A DNA stretch of 64,000 bases from PVC group bacterium (GTDB lineage Bacteria; Verrucomicrobiota; Kiritimatiellia; CAIKKV01; CAITUY01), in contig CAMBRF010000009.1 of NCBI GenBank assembly GCA_945870225.1, positions 16,321 to 80,320 on the forward strand, in the 5' to 3' direction. Within the stretch, counting starts at the first letter, position 1; each line of letters starts with the position of its first letter. The position numbers and the translations under genes were made by a program. Positions 10,441 to 20,621 of the stretch are shown in pieces. The notes beneath the pieces were generated by a model, which did not search any database, was not told the DNA's origin, and was given only the letters and a program-made list of their open reading frames with translations.

Positions 10441-11364
10441 CTAGTCTTTCCTTTCAGCCGCGCGCAGTTTCGCCGACCGCGCCCGCGGATTCATCTGACA
10501 TTCCTCTTCCGAGGCCATCACCGGCCTGCGGGTCAACACCTCAACCGGCGGTGTCAAGCCGACCCATTTCTGCCCGCCTTCGGGCAGGGATTCCCAGCGT
10601 CCCTGGTGTTCCGCGAAAAAGTGCTTCACGATCCGGTCCTCGAGACTGTGGAAGGAGATCACCACCATCCTTCCCCCGGGCGCCAGCAGCCCCAGCCCCG
10701 CTTCCAAACCCTTTTCCAATGCCTCCAACTCGCCATTCACGGCAATCCGCAGCGCCTGAAACGTCTGCGTGGCCGGATGGATCCGGCCGCGCCGGCCCCC
10801 GTACACCCGCATCACCAGGTCCGCCAACTGGGCTGTCCGGACGAACGGAGCCTGACTGCGCTCCTGAACCACCCGCCGCGCGATGGCGCGCGCGCGCGGT
10901 TCCTCGCCGTACCGCCTCAGCAGATCCGCCAGACCGCCCTCGGGCAGCGTGTTCAGCAAATCCGCCGCCGTCAGGGCCTTCCCGCGGTCCATGCGCATGT
11001 CCAGCGGACCATCCCTCATAAAGCTGAACCCGCGCCCGGGGTCATCCAACTGGTTCGACGAGATCCCGATATCGAGCAGAACACCGTCAACCTTTTCTAC
11101 TCCGCTGGCCGCCGCCGCCGCCGCCATATCCGCGAAACTCGACTGAACCAGCGTGCAGCGCTTTTCCCACTGGCCCAGCACCGCCCGTGCCCGAACCAGC
11201 GCCTCCGCATCCTGATCAAGGGCCAACAGGCGCCCTTCCGGACCTATCGCCTCGGCAATGACACCGGCATGCCCTCCGCCCCCCACGGTGCCATCCAGAT
11301 AGACACCGCCCCGTCGGGGCGCCAGCCAGTGCATCACCTCATTTGCCAGAACCGCCCGATGCAT
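10441..11364 (-). CDS. rsmH: 16S rRNA (cytosine1402-N4)-methyltransferase RsmH (MraW)
   Basis: MHRAVLANEV...LDGTVGGGGHAG...DLGISSNQLD signature; the ATG at 11362-11364 was checked against the sequence (the longer TTG ORF reaching 11418 is not needed). Confidence 0.85.
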   Translation of the reverse strand: MHRAVLANEVMHWLAPRRGGVYLDGTVGGGGHAGVIAEAIGPEGRLLALDQDAEALVRARAVLGQWEKRCTLVQSSFADMAAAAAASGVEKVDGVLLDIGISSNQLDDPGRGFSFMRDGPLDMRMDRGKALTAADLLNTLPEGGLADLLRRYGEEPRARAIARRVVQERSQAPFVRTAQLADLVMRVYGGRRGRIHPATQTFQALRIAVNGELEALEKGLEAGLGLLAPGGRMVVISFHSLEDRIVKHFFAEHQGRWESLPEGGQKWVGLTPPVEVLTRRPVMASEEECQMNPRARSAKLRAAERKD

Positions 11365-11599
11365 GGGCACTCTTTCCCATCCCGCCGGAGGGCGGGGAGC
11401 ACACCGCCGTGCTGGCAATCCGAAGCCCGCGATGCTCCGCCTGCCTCAATCCCAAGGCCGATCCCAAGGTGGCCGGACGCCCCTGTGGCAGTCGCAACCA
11501 GTGAAAGCCGCCATCCCGCCAACCCGTAATGGACCCGCTCATCTGCAAAAACTGCGTTACGGTCGATATTTTCATCAGGCATCCTCCGTCGTCACCAGC

Positions 11600-12053
11600 T
11601 CAGAAACCCACGTAGCGCGCGGCCTCACCCAGATCCGCCGATCCCGTGGAACCGACCTGCTTCCACAACTCCGGATTCCATAGTTCAAAGTGGTCAAAAA
11701 CCCCGATCAAGATCACTGAGTCGGTCAAATTCGCGTAACCGAGCAATTCATCCTTCACCCGGATCCGCCCCGCCGTGTCCCAGGGAGCCAACTGCGATTG
11801 CGAACCCAGAATGCGCGCAAACTGGCTGGCGCGGGCATCGGCAATTGAATGGTTCCGGATCGCTTGAAGACGACGAACCATCTCGCGGGCGGGAAACACC
11901 AACAGGAAATTGCGCTGCGCAATATCGGGGAGCACATAAAGACTGTTCGGAACACCTGTGTGTTCCCGCCATTCCGCGGGAATGGTCAGACGCCGTTTGG
12001 GATCCAGCGAATGGGCGAAATTGCCGACAAAAACGCCCTGCGCCTCTCCCAAC
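11600..12053 (-). CDS. mraZ: Transcriptional regulator MraZ
   Basis: Two MraZ/SpoVT-AbrB-like halves (FVGNFAHSLDPKRRLTIPAEWRE and IGVFDHFELWNPELW). Start uncertain: no ATG, the TTG at 12051-12053 is proposed, and the track ORF runs to 12085. Confidence 0.7.
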
Positions 12054-12208
12054 GATCCCAATCCTGTGTTCGTGATATCCACCAAGGCCCCACAATGGTT
12101 AACTTACGCGACACAATACAACACTTCGCCCCACCAGCAGTCAATAAAATTTGAATGTTTTTTTATGGGAGGATCTTATAACCCCAAAGGGGAATGGCTC
12201 GGACCCGG

Positions 12209-12290
12209 ACGGCTCATCGGGACGATTCGCCCCACCCAGTGGACGATAATGCGCCCACGTAAGGTAGGGCGAGTCGTCCCTGCCGGGCCG
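12209..12290. repeat. Inverted-repeat element, family C copy 1: about 19-27 bp arms (cgggacgattcgccccacc / ggtagggcgagtcgtccctgccg) around a 26-bp spacer
   Basis: The same arms recur at 56700-56790, but with a different spacer. Confidence 0.6.
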
Positions 12291-12299
12291 GGGGACGGA

Positions 12300-13292
12300 T
12301 CAAGGAGCGCGAACCTTCACCCACTGTCCCCCGTTTTCACGGGATTGCCGGGTTGCTTCACCGACTCTCAGCGTAGCCAGGGCGTCATCCACCCCGCAAG
12401 TGGGCTGGTCCCCGGTCCGGACGCACTGGGCAAACTCCATGAGTTCCGGAATATACCCGCGCAGATGAAGGTGCTGGATCTGCCCGTAGGGCAGGGAGAA
12501 GGTGGGCTGGTAGAAATCCCCCGAGGCGTCATCGAAAGACATTCTCATAGGGTGAATACTGCGGGAGGCATGATGAAACTTGAGGGAGCGCCCGTCCTCG
12601 GCCAGCAGCCAGCCGCTCTTATGCACAATCTCCATCTGCTCGTAGGGCGGCGACCAATTATTGAATCCGCATTCCCGGATGCTTCCAATGTCGCCGCTGG
12701 CGAACCGGAGGAGAGTGATCCCGCCTGCGCCTTCCGGCGCCGCCTGGTAAAGGGCGCTGTCGATGGGGCCGCCCAGATACATCATCAGGTTGCAAAAATG
12801 CCCCCCGGCAAAATAGTAGGCGGCGTTGAAGGTCCGCGCCCCGGGTTCTTTTTCGCGCCACTCGGCCAGCAGAAGCCGCATCTTCTGGTACACGGGCGCA
12901 TAGCGGAGACAGGAACCGATCAGATAGGTCAGCTTCTTTTCTTCGGCGAGTTGTTTGATGCGTGCCCCCCCCTCTTCCGAACGGATGGCGGGGGTCTCGT
13001 TAAAGACGGGCTTGCCGGCGGCGAGGGCGGCGAGGGCCGCCGCTTCATGATCGCCGCTGCTGGCTATCAGCACTGCGTCCACGTTCGGATCGGCGATCAG
13101 CTTTTCATAACCCACATGACAGGGAAGCCGGTAAAACTCACGGGCGGCCTGCGCGGTGGACTCGTGGGCCGTGGCCAGCGCCACCAGTCGCAGGGCGTCG
13201 GGAAGCTGGCTGATCCCCGGGATCAGCACCTCGCGGGCATGCGTCCCCACACCAATCAAACCGATTTTCAGAGGCGTTCCGGAAGAGGTCAT
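12300..13292 (-). CDS. Gfo/Idh/MocA-family NAD(P)-dependent oxidoreductase
   Basis: N-terminal Rossmann LKIGLIGVGTHAREVL plus conserved EKP-like region (KPVFNETP); the ATG at 13290-13292 has a GGAG RBS 7 nt upstream. Confidence 0.8.
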   Translation of the reverse strand: MTSSGTPLKIGLIGVGTHAREVLIPGISQLPDALRLVALATAHESTAQAAREFYRLPCHVGYEKLIADPNVDAVLIASSGDHEAAALAALAAGKPVFNETPAIRSEEGGARIKQLAEEKKLTYLIGSCLRYAPVYQKMRLLLAEWREKEPGARTFNAAYYFAGGHFCNLMMYLGGPIDSALYQAAPEGAGGITLLRFASGDIGSIRECGFNNWSPPYEQMEIVHKSGWLLAEDGRSLKFHHASRSIHPMRMSFDDASGDFYQPTFSLPYGQIQHLHLRGYIPELMEFAQCVRTGDQPTCGVDDALATLRVGEATRQSRENGGQWVKVRAP

Positions 13293-13470
13293 GCAAGGCT
13301 CCTTGTCAGGCTCACTCGTTGTTCGCATAAGAAATGAACATGGATGTACAGGATGAACAGGATAATTTGGGAATCAGAAAAACGGCAAGCCTGTTGAACT
13401 CCTGATATTATCCTGTATATCGATGTTAAATGAATCGGTTTCTTTGGGATCAGATTCAACAAGGGTAACG

Positions 13471-14691
13471 TTATCCAAAAACCTCATCGATCACCGTCCG
13501 GGTCAAGGCGACCCACGTCTTCACCCGTTCCGGATCCTTCTCGACCGTCTCGACGTCCTTCAAGGTGATGTCCACATGCGAGTCCCGGCAGGCCTCCAGA
13601 TCCCGCTTGAGCAGGGAGCGGACCCGGCCGGGGTCGAATCGATAACTCACCATATCGGCAGGGCTGGGCCGATAGCTGAGAACATAGTCCTTCCGGATTT
13701 GCGCCGCACACTTCGCGACATCGGCAAAGGGCGATACGGCGATGCGGCGGAGATTCGGAATCTGCCGCAGCATGTCGATCTTCCGGGTCAGGTCTTCACA
13801 GCAGCCGTAAGCCACCAGTCCGAATTTCTTGAGTATGGGCAACTGGTACTGCAGCATGAACTCATCGTGCATCTCCGGCGAGACGGCCGTGAATTCCTGA
13901 GCCGCCATGTAGCCCCACAGTTGACGGCGCTTGACCCCGTTTTGATTGGCGGCAGGATCTTCCAGTTCTTCCGCGTACGTCATCGCCTGATTCAGGTGGC
14001 AACTCAGCCCCCAGTCCCCGGCCGCTTCGGCTTCATCGTGGGTCTTCATCACGCCGTCACGCAGGAACCCGACCAGGCGATGCAGCCAGTCCGGGTTATC
14101 AAGCATGTCCATCATGATATGCTCAATCCCCCGCATGTAGCCCAGATCGGCCGACAAATCACCCGTCCACATGCGAAAGGCCGGCCCGCGGTCCACATTG
14201 ATCGTGAGGATATCCCCCACGGCACCCGACAAACGCTCGACGGTTTCCGCCGTCCTGACCTCGTCAATTTCGTGCCACGGCATGCGCAGCTTATCGACAT
14301 CAGACAGGGTTTTAATGGGATAATCCACCTTGAATGAACCTCCCGGCTCATCGGTGAAGTGGCATTTTCCGGAGACCCCCCACCCGGAGCAGGCGTACTG
14401 GGCCTGCACGGTGACCCACGGCTCAAAGACCGAATCGTCACCCAGGCTCGCCCAGAACAGGTGCCTCCTGAAATAATCCTCATAGTACCGGAACAGGGGG
14501 TCTTCACAAACACATTGAGCCTGGGGCATTTCCTTCCAGGCGAAAGCGCGCACATAGATCAAGGGACGGGTCGGCTTCAGGCTGTTGTGCTGCCGCCACA
14601 GCTTCCGCCGTTCCGCCTGCACAGGATCGCGGGAAACGTCGCGGTACAAACAGGCCAGATCACGCAGAATGATGGAGTCCTTGTTATTCAT
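13471..14691 (-). CDS. Uroporphyrinogen-decarboxylase (URO-D)-like family protein (function unknown, possibly sugar/methyl metabolism)
   Basis: About 400 aa with a URO-D-like TIM-barrel pattern (RKLW...PLIY...AYGCCED...RRIAVSP); family call from memory only. Confidence 0.4.
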   Translation of the reverse strand: MNNKDSIILRDLACLYRDVSRDPVQAERRKLWRQHNSLKPTRPLIYVRAFAWKEMPQAQCVCEDPLFRYYEDYFRRHLFWASLGDDSVFEPWVTVQAQYACSGWGVSGKCHFTDEPGGSFKVDYPIKTLSDVDKLRMPWHEIDEVRTAETVERLSGAVGDILTINVDRGPAFRMWTGDLSADLGYMRGIEHIMMDMLDNPDWLHRLVGFLRDGVMKTHDEAEAAGDWGLSCHLNQAMTYAEELEDPAANQNGVKRRQLWGYMAAQEFTAVSPEMHDEFMLQYQLPILKKFGLVAYGCCEDLTRKIDMLRQIPNLRRIAVSPFADVAKCAAQIRKDYVLSYRPSPADMVSYRFDPGRVRSLLKRDLEACRDSHVDITLKDVETVEKDPERVKTWVALTRTVIDEVFG

Positions 14692-14921
14692 GCTTCTTCC
14701 CATTCGCCCGTGCGATAACGATATCACAAACAGACCCAACTTTTTTCACCATGCTCTATTCGCAATTATCCAGCCTATTGTCCACCATTGAAATTCATGA
14801 AAAGCCCCGGAATTCCAACTGCTGAGAATACGGGGGTCTTTTTGCATTTTCGAGAAACAAAGCTTTAATCTTCGCTTGATCTTTCTTGCTTAACCTCGCA
14901 CTCTTCGCTTCGTTGCATTTT

Positions 14922-14938
14922 TGAGATGAATCGGCATG
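14922..14938 (+). promoter_or_regulatory. Candidate sigma-54 (-24/-12) promoter cGGCAtgaattcTGCtt, 58 nt upstream of the pseudopilin operon
   Basis: GG (14923-14924) and GC (14935-14936) have the canonical 12-nt spacing; several mismatches to TGGCACG-N4-TTGCW. Confidence 0.3.
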
Positions 14939-14995
14939 AATTCTGCTTAAATCATTGTAGGATATATTCTTGCAGGGCCGGAAGGGAGTAAAACA

Positions 14996-15412
14996 GTGAT
15001 TCTTAACGCCAAAAATCAGGGATTCACACTTGTCGAGGCTGTGATTAGTGCGGTTATTCTGGCTTTTGCCATTGCCGGCTCCTATGCGTTGATCATCAGG
15101 TCGGCATCCATGATTCGCGCCTCGCGCAACCATTATGTGGCCGTCAATCTTGCCAAGGACCGCATTGAGCGTGCCCGCAGCGTGCCCTATTCGCAACTTA
15201 TTCTACTGACCGAGAGCCGATTGGTAGTGGACGACAGCGGGACACCCTGTTCAACGGGCGATTTCTGCCGGACCACGACCGTCAACACCAACTATCAGTC
15301 CGGGGTGACCCTGATCACGGTGAATACCGAGGTCAAGAGCCTTAAGACCCGCAGCTTTGACGGGGAATCGGAGCCGGTTTCCTCCCTCTTCACGGAGTAC
15401 ATCGAATTATGA
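14996..15412 (+). CDS. Prepilin-type N-terminal cleavage/methylation domain protein (pseudopilin / minor pilin, GspH/FimT-like)
   Basis: GTG start after a GGAAGGGAG RBS; N-terminus KNQGFTLVEAVISAVILAFAIAG is a class III signal (G-F-T-L-x-E). Confidence 0.75.
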   Translation: MILNAKNQGFTLVEAVISAVILAFAIAGSYALIIRSASMIRASRNHYVAVNLAKDRIERARSVPYSQLILLTESRLVVDDSGTPCSTGDFCRTTTVNTNYQSGVTLITVNTEVKSLKTRSFDGESEPVSSLFTEYIEL

Positions 15413-17472
15413 AATCGCGCCATCCATCCGTATGCGGCTACTCGATGGTTGAGATGATGGTCTCACTGGCCATCGTCATCATCGCCGTCACGGCCGCCAC
15501 GGGGGGATGGCTCTTTGTTGTCAGGGGAGAGACGCTTAATGCGACCCAGATGAAGCTCGATCTCGAGGTCCGCAAAACCATGGAAAGACTGAGGCGCGAC
15601 CTGCGGTTGTCATCCATCGATAAGATTTTCTTTTACCCGCCAGGGCCGGGCCCTTACTCGGCCATCTGCTTTCCAATGGCCCATGACGATGACGGGGATG
15701 GGATCGTCGAGATGACCGATGACGGGATACACCCGGCGGCCAACGGATCAAATATCCTCTGGGACACAACGGTGATCTACCATGTCTTCACCGGCACCCC
15801 CTACCGGCTCATTCAGACCACCTTTAATCCCCGCGACAACTCCCTGTCCGACGCGCAACGGGTCGAGCAAATTGCCAGCGTCGTCCAGAGCGGACACGGC
15901 AAAAACACCTATGGCAGCTCGAACGCCGCCTCACACGAACTCTTCGCCAATCTCTTTACCTGGAGCATTGCCGGCAAGGGGGCCGCTTTCGACGGTTACA
16001 GTCCGACCTTGATGCGCGAAAATTTCCCCTTCGGATCGATCCTGCTCACGCCCGGCTCCCACGATTTCACTTTTTCGTCGAACGGTCGCAATGCCCTGAG
16101 CAGCAGTTACTACATCGGCCTGGACTCCGTGGTCGTCTCCCCCAGCGGGGATGAGCGGGAAGGTGAAGCGCAGACCCCCACCACCCAGACCGGTGCCACC
16201 GCCCAACGTGACTACAGGATGGGCGGATCATGGAGCGGGAACTACCAGCTGCTTTTTCCGGCCGCCACTTCCAATACCTCTTTCACCCTGAATCTTGAAA
16301 ATGACCGCTGGGAGGAAACCAATTTCCGCGGCCTCGGGGCGATCTGCAAACGAACCATTGTTTACTGGGACGAATACGCCAGCCCGAGGGACTTCGTCGT
16401 CAAACTGGAAGGGTGCGATTACAACTGGGACGTGGCGGCACAAACCGGCTCCACCAACGTCACCGACATCGCCGACAACTCGCTGACCAACTGCGCGTAC
16501 CGCGTACTCATCCGGGGCGGCGAGATGGAAAGCGGATCCAACCTCAGATTCGATGGACGCCACGTCTATTTCCTGTTCTACAGCGCCACCGCGGCACCCT
16601 TGAAAATCAAACACGCCTTCATCGCCCCGGCTGACAGTTCCACAAACTACACGGTCAATGCCACTGCAACCGGCACGCCCATCCTCTTTGGCTCCTCCGA
16701 AAGCATTATGATCGGTGCGAACAGTTATTGCTTCGGCTACACCGATAATTTCGTGATCGAAAAATCAAAAAGCTACCTCGTAACGTTCCTGGTGGACGAT
16801 TTTTACGGAAATGCACGTTCTTGGGAGGAGATGAACGTGGGTGCACCCGGCTGCTACAGGCTCCTCAACGCCAGCAAGAGCGACCTCAGTGATGCCAACT
16901 GGTCCTCCAAGGCCATCGAGCCCACCAACCGCGTCTTCGCCTTGGCCGGCCTCTACACCCTCTATCCCACCAACGGCCTCTTCACCTCGCAGATTCTGGA
17001 CACCAAACTGGCGGCTCCGGTTTATTCAACCATATCATGGTCGGCTGAAAAGCCATCGGGAACCAGCCTCAAAATAAAGGTGCGCACAGGGGATCAGTCA
17101 AATCTCTCCGATGCCCAGGCTTGGAGTAACATCACGGGAGCCGCTTCAGGCGGCACGATCAGCCCAGGCGCCAGACGCTTTATTCAATTTCAGGCGGACA
17201 TGGACCCCGACAGCGGCGGATGGAACACGCCCAAGCTGAAGGATGTTACGATTAAGTGGGCCGGCGAAACCAAAGTCGTTGATGTGGCCGCCATCATGAC
17301 TAAAGGGCCCAACTACGGGCTTTGCGAATTATCGGTGGATGGCAAACCCCTGCTGCGGGGCCTGAAGATCAATCTCAAGATTTTCGAGGATATCCCGGGC
17401 TGGGGACGCACCACCAAACAGGTTACGTCTGAGGGATCGGTTGAAGTCGAACCAAGAAACACAGGCAAGTAA
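15409..17472 (+). CDS. Large (687 aa) prepilin-domain protein, candidate PilW/PilY1-like minor pilin or tip-associated subunit
   Basis: Start overlaps the upstream stop (ATGA). N-terminus GYSMVEMMVSLAIVIIAV is prepilin-like, then about 650 aa of beta-rich sequence with no other recognisable domain. Confidence 0.6.
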   Translation: MKSRHPSVCGYSMVEMMVSLAIVIIAVTAATGGWLFVVRGETLNATQMKLDLEVRKTMERLRRDLRLSSIDKIFFYPPGPGPYSAICFPMAHDDDGDGIVEMTDDGIHPAANGSNILWDTTVIYHVFTGTPYRLIQTTFNPRDNSLSDAQRVEQIASVVQSGHGKNTYGSSNAASHELFANLFTWSIAGKGAAFDGYSPTLMRENFPFGSILLTPGSHDFTFSSNGRNALSSSYYIGLDSVVVSPSGDEREGEAQTPTTQTGATAQRDYRMGGSWSGNYQLLFPAATSNTSFTLNLENDRWEETNFRGLGAICKRTIVYWDEYASPRDFVVKLEGCDYNWDVAAQTGSTNVTDIADNSLTNCAYRVLIRGGEMESGSNLRFDGRHVYFLFYSATAAPLKIKHAFIAPADSSTNYTVNATATGTPILFGSSESIMIGANSYCFGYTDNFVIEKSKSYLVTFLVDDFYGNARSWEEMNVGAPGCYRLLNASKSDLSDANWSSKAIEPTNRVFALAGLYTLYPTNGLFTSQILDTKLAAPVYSTISWSAEKPSGTSLKIKVRTGDQSNLSDAQAWSNITGAASGGTISPGARRFIQFQADMDPDSGGWNTPKLKDVTIKWAGETKVVDVAAIMTKGPNYGLCELSVDGKPLLRGLKINLKIFEDIPGWGRTTKQVTSEGSVEVEPRNTGK

Positions 17473-17485
17473 AAGGAGGGGCATC

Positions 17486-18670
17486 ATGAACACGTTGTAC
17501 CAACATAATTGGCGTCAGGATAGAGCGGGATCAGCCCTGGTGGTCGTCATGGGTGTTGTCCTGCTCATTGCCATGGTCGCAGCCGGCATGATCGCCGTCG
17601 GTCGGCAGCAGATATTTTCGACGGAACGGCAGCGTGATTACGTGAAAGCCCAACTGATTGCGGAATCAGGCGCCAATCAGGCCTACAGTTTGCTGAAGAC
17701 TAACTTTGCGGCGCGAAATAATGCGGCCCTGTTCCCCCTTACCAGTTTTGATGAAGGCTCGTACGACGTCACGGTGATCTCGATCAGCAGCAACAAGGCC
17801 TCCATCATCTCCACGGGCTTCTGCGGCAACGTTTCCGCCGTCGCGAGGATGGACTGCAAGAATTATCCTCTGCCGCTTACCAATGCCCCGCCCCCGCCCG
17901 TGCCCGGCCTGAATGCCTACGGCTTCGCCATGCTGGCGGGCGGGAACCTGGGATGGGCAGGAAACTCGGACATGCAGATCAGCAACGGTTGGATGCACTG
18001 CAACGGCATCTACTCAGCCAATGGCGTCAACACCGTCAGAGGAAATGTGGAGGCCTGTGGCGGCATCAGCATGGTCGGAGGCGCCACCATCACCGGCACG
18101 GGCAAGGCTCCCTCCATTTCAGGAGGGACCATCGGGACACGGGTTGTCGCGGCGGTTCCTCTTGTGGCCATCCCCGACATTGACCTGACGCCGTATTACA
18201 GCACGGCACTGACCAATGGTCAGGTTTTCAGCGGTTCTAAATCGCTGTCCGGAACGGTCACACCCGCAGGAGGTATCATGTGGGTCAATGGCTCCCTGTC
18301 CTTCGGGAACGGCACGTACAACGGCTGCTTCATCGCCACGGGTGATATCGAACTCAAGACCACCGGCAACGGGACAATCACCCAGACGGCTGCGCAACGT
18401 TACCCCGTGCTGGTGTCCCGCGATGGCACCATCACCGTAAAACAGGCCAAAACGTGGACCTTCACCGGTCTCGTGTACTGCAAAACCGGATCTTTCGACA
18501 AACAGGGGAACGGCGATGTCTTTGGCAATGGCGCCATTATCGCGGCAGGGAATATTTCCAAGAACGGCGGATGGTCGGGCATGCTTTACAGTGATCCCAC
18601 ACCCATTCCGCCTGGGGGACTCAGCCCAACCATCGTGGATCGCGTCGTCATTACAGCCTGGCAGGATTAA
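17486..18670 (+). CDS. PilX/GspK-like pseudopilin with N-terminal TM helix and Gly-rich C-terminal region
   Basis: AGGAGG RBS before the ATG at 17486. N-terminus GSALVVVMGVVLLIAMVAAGMIAVGRQQIFSTERQRDYVKAQ resembles the PilX N-terminal domain. Confidence 0.6.
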   Translation: MNTLYQHNWRQDRAGSALVVVMGVVLLIAMVAAGMIAVGRQQIFSTERQRDYVKAQLIAESGANQAYSLLKTNFAARNNAALFPLTSFDEGSYDVTVISISSNKASIISTGFCGNVSAVARMDCKNYPLPLTNAPPPPVPGLNAYGFAMLAGGNLGWAGNSDMQISNGWMHCNGIYSANGVNTVRGNVEACGGISMVGGATITGTGKAPSISGGTIGTRVVAAVPLVAIPDIDLTPYYSTALTNGQVFSGSKSLSGTVTPAGGIMWVNGSLSFGNGTYNGCFIATGDIELKTTGNGTITQTAAQRYPVLVSRDGTITVKQAKTWTFTGLVYCKTGSFDKQGNGDVFGNGAIIAAGNISKNGGWSGMLYSDPTPIPPGGLSPTIVDRVVITAWQD

Positions 18671-18677
18671 TCTAACT

Positions 18678-19847
18678 ATGAACCGTTTATCGCAAACCAT
18701 GCGAATCGATATACCGCCGGATCTCAAGGATGATTTGCGCCGTGGCACCCGCCGTGTACGGACCGCTGCGCAAACCTCCAAGATTGAAATGGCCTCCCCT
18801 TCCCCGGGCGAAAGTCACCGCGTGGGCGACTCCGACTTCCAGGAACTCCTGCAAAGCGTCTACGACGCCGCCATCATCGCCAATCTTGACGGCGGCATTG
18901 TGGATGCCAATACGCGCGCCACGGAGTTCCTGCGGCTATCACATCATGAGCTGTGCAGCCTGAACCTGACCGCCATCATTTCCGGCGCCGATAACGACAC
19001 CCTCCAAACACTCCAGACGAGTGTGGAGAATGATCGGTTCATCCTCATCCAGGCCCATTGCACGCGCAGGGATGACTCCCTTTTCCCGGCGGAAATCGCC
19101 GTCAACCGGCTTCATGTAAGAGGAAAGCTCTACTTTTGCTGCTTCATCCGTGATGTCACCCTTCGCCAACAGGCCGAGGATATGCTGCGAACGGTGAATA
19201 ATGCCATCCGGAACGCATCAACCGGGATCGCCATCTCCAACCTCACTGGACAACTTAAATACGTGAACAAGGCAACCCTCGCCCTATGGGAAGTCGCCTC
19301 TGAAGAGGAATTGCTCAGTTACGATCTGCAGACCCTTATCCCCGACACCCAACAGGTCGACACCATGATCGCGACCGTGCAATCAGGAGAGGACTGGTCC
19401 GGAGAGAGCGTTATCCAGAGAAAGGATGGCTCCGCCCTCATGGTTCAGGTTTCCGTCGCCGGCAACCGGGATGCCGATGGTGAACTGGTCGGCATGGTCT
19501 TCTCCTTCCTGGATATCAGCGACCGGAAACGCGCCGAGGAGGCCGAAAAGCACGCCGAACGCCAGCGGGTCATGGTAGAGAGCATCGGGGCGGCCTGCCA
19601 TCACCTTGGTCAACCCGCCACCGTGATTCTGACCAGCCTTGAACTCCTTATGCGTCAGCCCGCCATTGAAGGACCGCTCAGCCGGTCGGAACTGCTCAAC
19701 TCGAGCATGGAGGCGGCTGAGTCGCTCCGCACCATGCTTCATCGGTTGAACGATATATCCGAATACCACACCGACTCCTATATCGATGCCAAGCCCGGCG
19801 CAGGGTATTCGGAAAGCCGGATCGTGGCGGTGGGCGAGGACGTTTAA
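18678..19847 (+). CDS. PAS-domain sensor protein with a HisKA-like dimerisation/H-box segment but no ATPase domain
   Basis: Two PAS-like segments (LLQSVYDAAIIANLDGGIVDAN... and NNAIRNASTGIAISNLTGQLKYVNKA...), then ESIGAACHHLGQPATVILTSLELL (H-box-like); no HATPase_c motifs seen. Confidence 0.55.
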   Translation: MNRLSQTMRIDIPPDLKDDLRRGTRRVRTAAQTSKIEMASPSPGESHRVGDSDFQELLQSVYDAAIIANLDGGIVDANTRATEFLRLSHHELCSLNLTAIISGADNDTLQTLQTSVENDRFILIQAHCTRRDDSLFPAEIAVNRLHVRGKLYFCCFIRDVTLRQQAEDMLRTVNNAIRNASTGIAISNLTGQLKYVNKATLALWEVASEEELLSYDLQTLIPDTQQVDTMIATVQSGEDWSGESVIQRKDGSALMVQVSVAGNRDADGELVGMVFSFLDISDRKRAEEAEKHAERQRVMVESIGAACHHLGQPATVILTSLELLMRQPAIEGPLSRSELLNSSMEAAESLRTMLHRLNDISEYHTDSYIDAKPGAGYSESRIVAVGEDV

Positions 19848-19858
19848 CTTCAGGCAAA

Positions 19859-20621
19859 CTAAATCAGGCGGTATAACACGTTCAGGGCACCGCAGTGCCC
19901 CAGGTGCAGGGCGAGATCCGTGAATTGCCCGGCGGTCGCATGACGACGCGCCGTTTGAAACGTCTCCCAGGCTGCCTTCCGGTAGGCCGCGCCGTTCTTC
20001 GACTGGGTATGCCAGCGGAAATTGGCCAGAAAAGCATCGATAAAGTGCGGTTCCCATTGCTTTCCCAAACGCAGCCAATAGTCGTAATCCATTGAATACA
20101 TCAGGTCACGGCTGATTTCACCGGTGGCACGGTAGGCGGCGGCCGAGAAAAAAGCCGACGGCTGCGAGATGAAGTCCCGACGCAACAGACGCCGGTAGGA
20201 GTACCGGCGGGACTGGGCCACCTTATAGCGGGTAATGAACTCCCGGATCGGACGATCCTCCTCGTCGATGATGCCGCAATGACCGAAACACCACTCAAAG
20301 GATGACCGCCGGTATTCCTCCGCCACGCGCGCCAGGGCCCCGGGCTGGTAGGTATCGTCCGAGTTCAACCAGCCCAGCACCTCGCCGGTCGCCATCCTGA
20401 ATCCCTTGTTCAGCGCGTCGCTCTGCCCGCCGTCGCGTTCCGAGATCCAGCGCAGCCGGGGCTCATACCGCCGTAAAATCGCCAGCGTGTCATCCGTGGA
20501 CCCGCCATCGATCACAAGATGCTCCAGCTCGAAATCACCCTGTTGCTCCAGAACACTGCGCACCGTCCGCTCAATATAGCGGCCCTGATTGAACGAGGGG
20601 GTGATGATGGATAGTTTCATA
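19859..20621 (-). CDS. Family 2 glycosyltransferase
   Basis: MKLSIITPSFNQGRYIERTVRSV...VIDGGSTDDT...SDDTY are GT-A/GT2 motifs (DxD-like). Confidence 0.75.

Noticed and set aside
11365-11418. N-terminal extensions implied by TTG-initiated track ORFs (rsmH to 11418, mraZ to 12085, pilB from 39125, sigma54 activator from 42575)
   Set aside because: Internal ATG starts with better RBS spacing and family-typical N-termini are available. The extended regions overlap upstream genes or repeats
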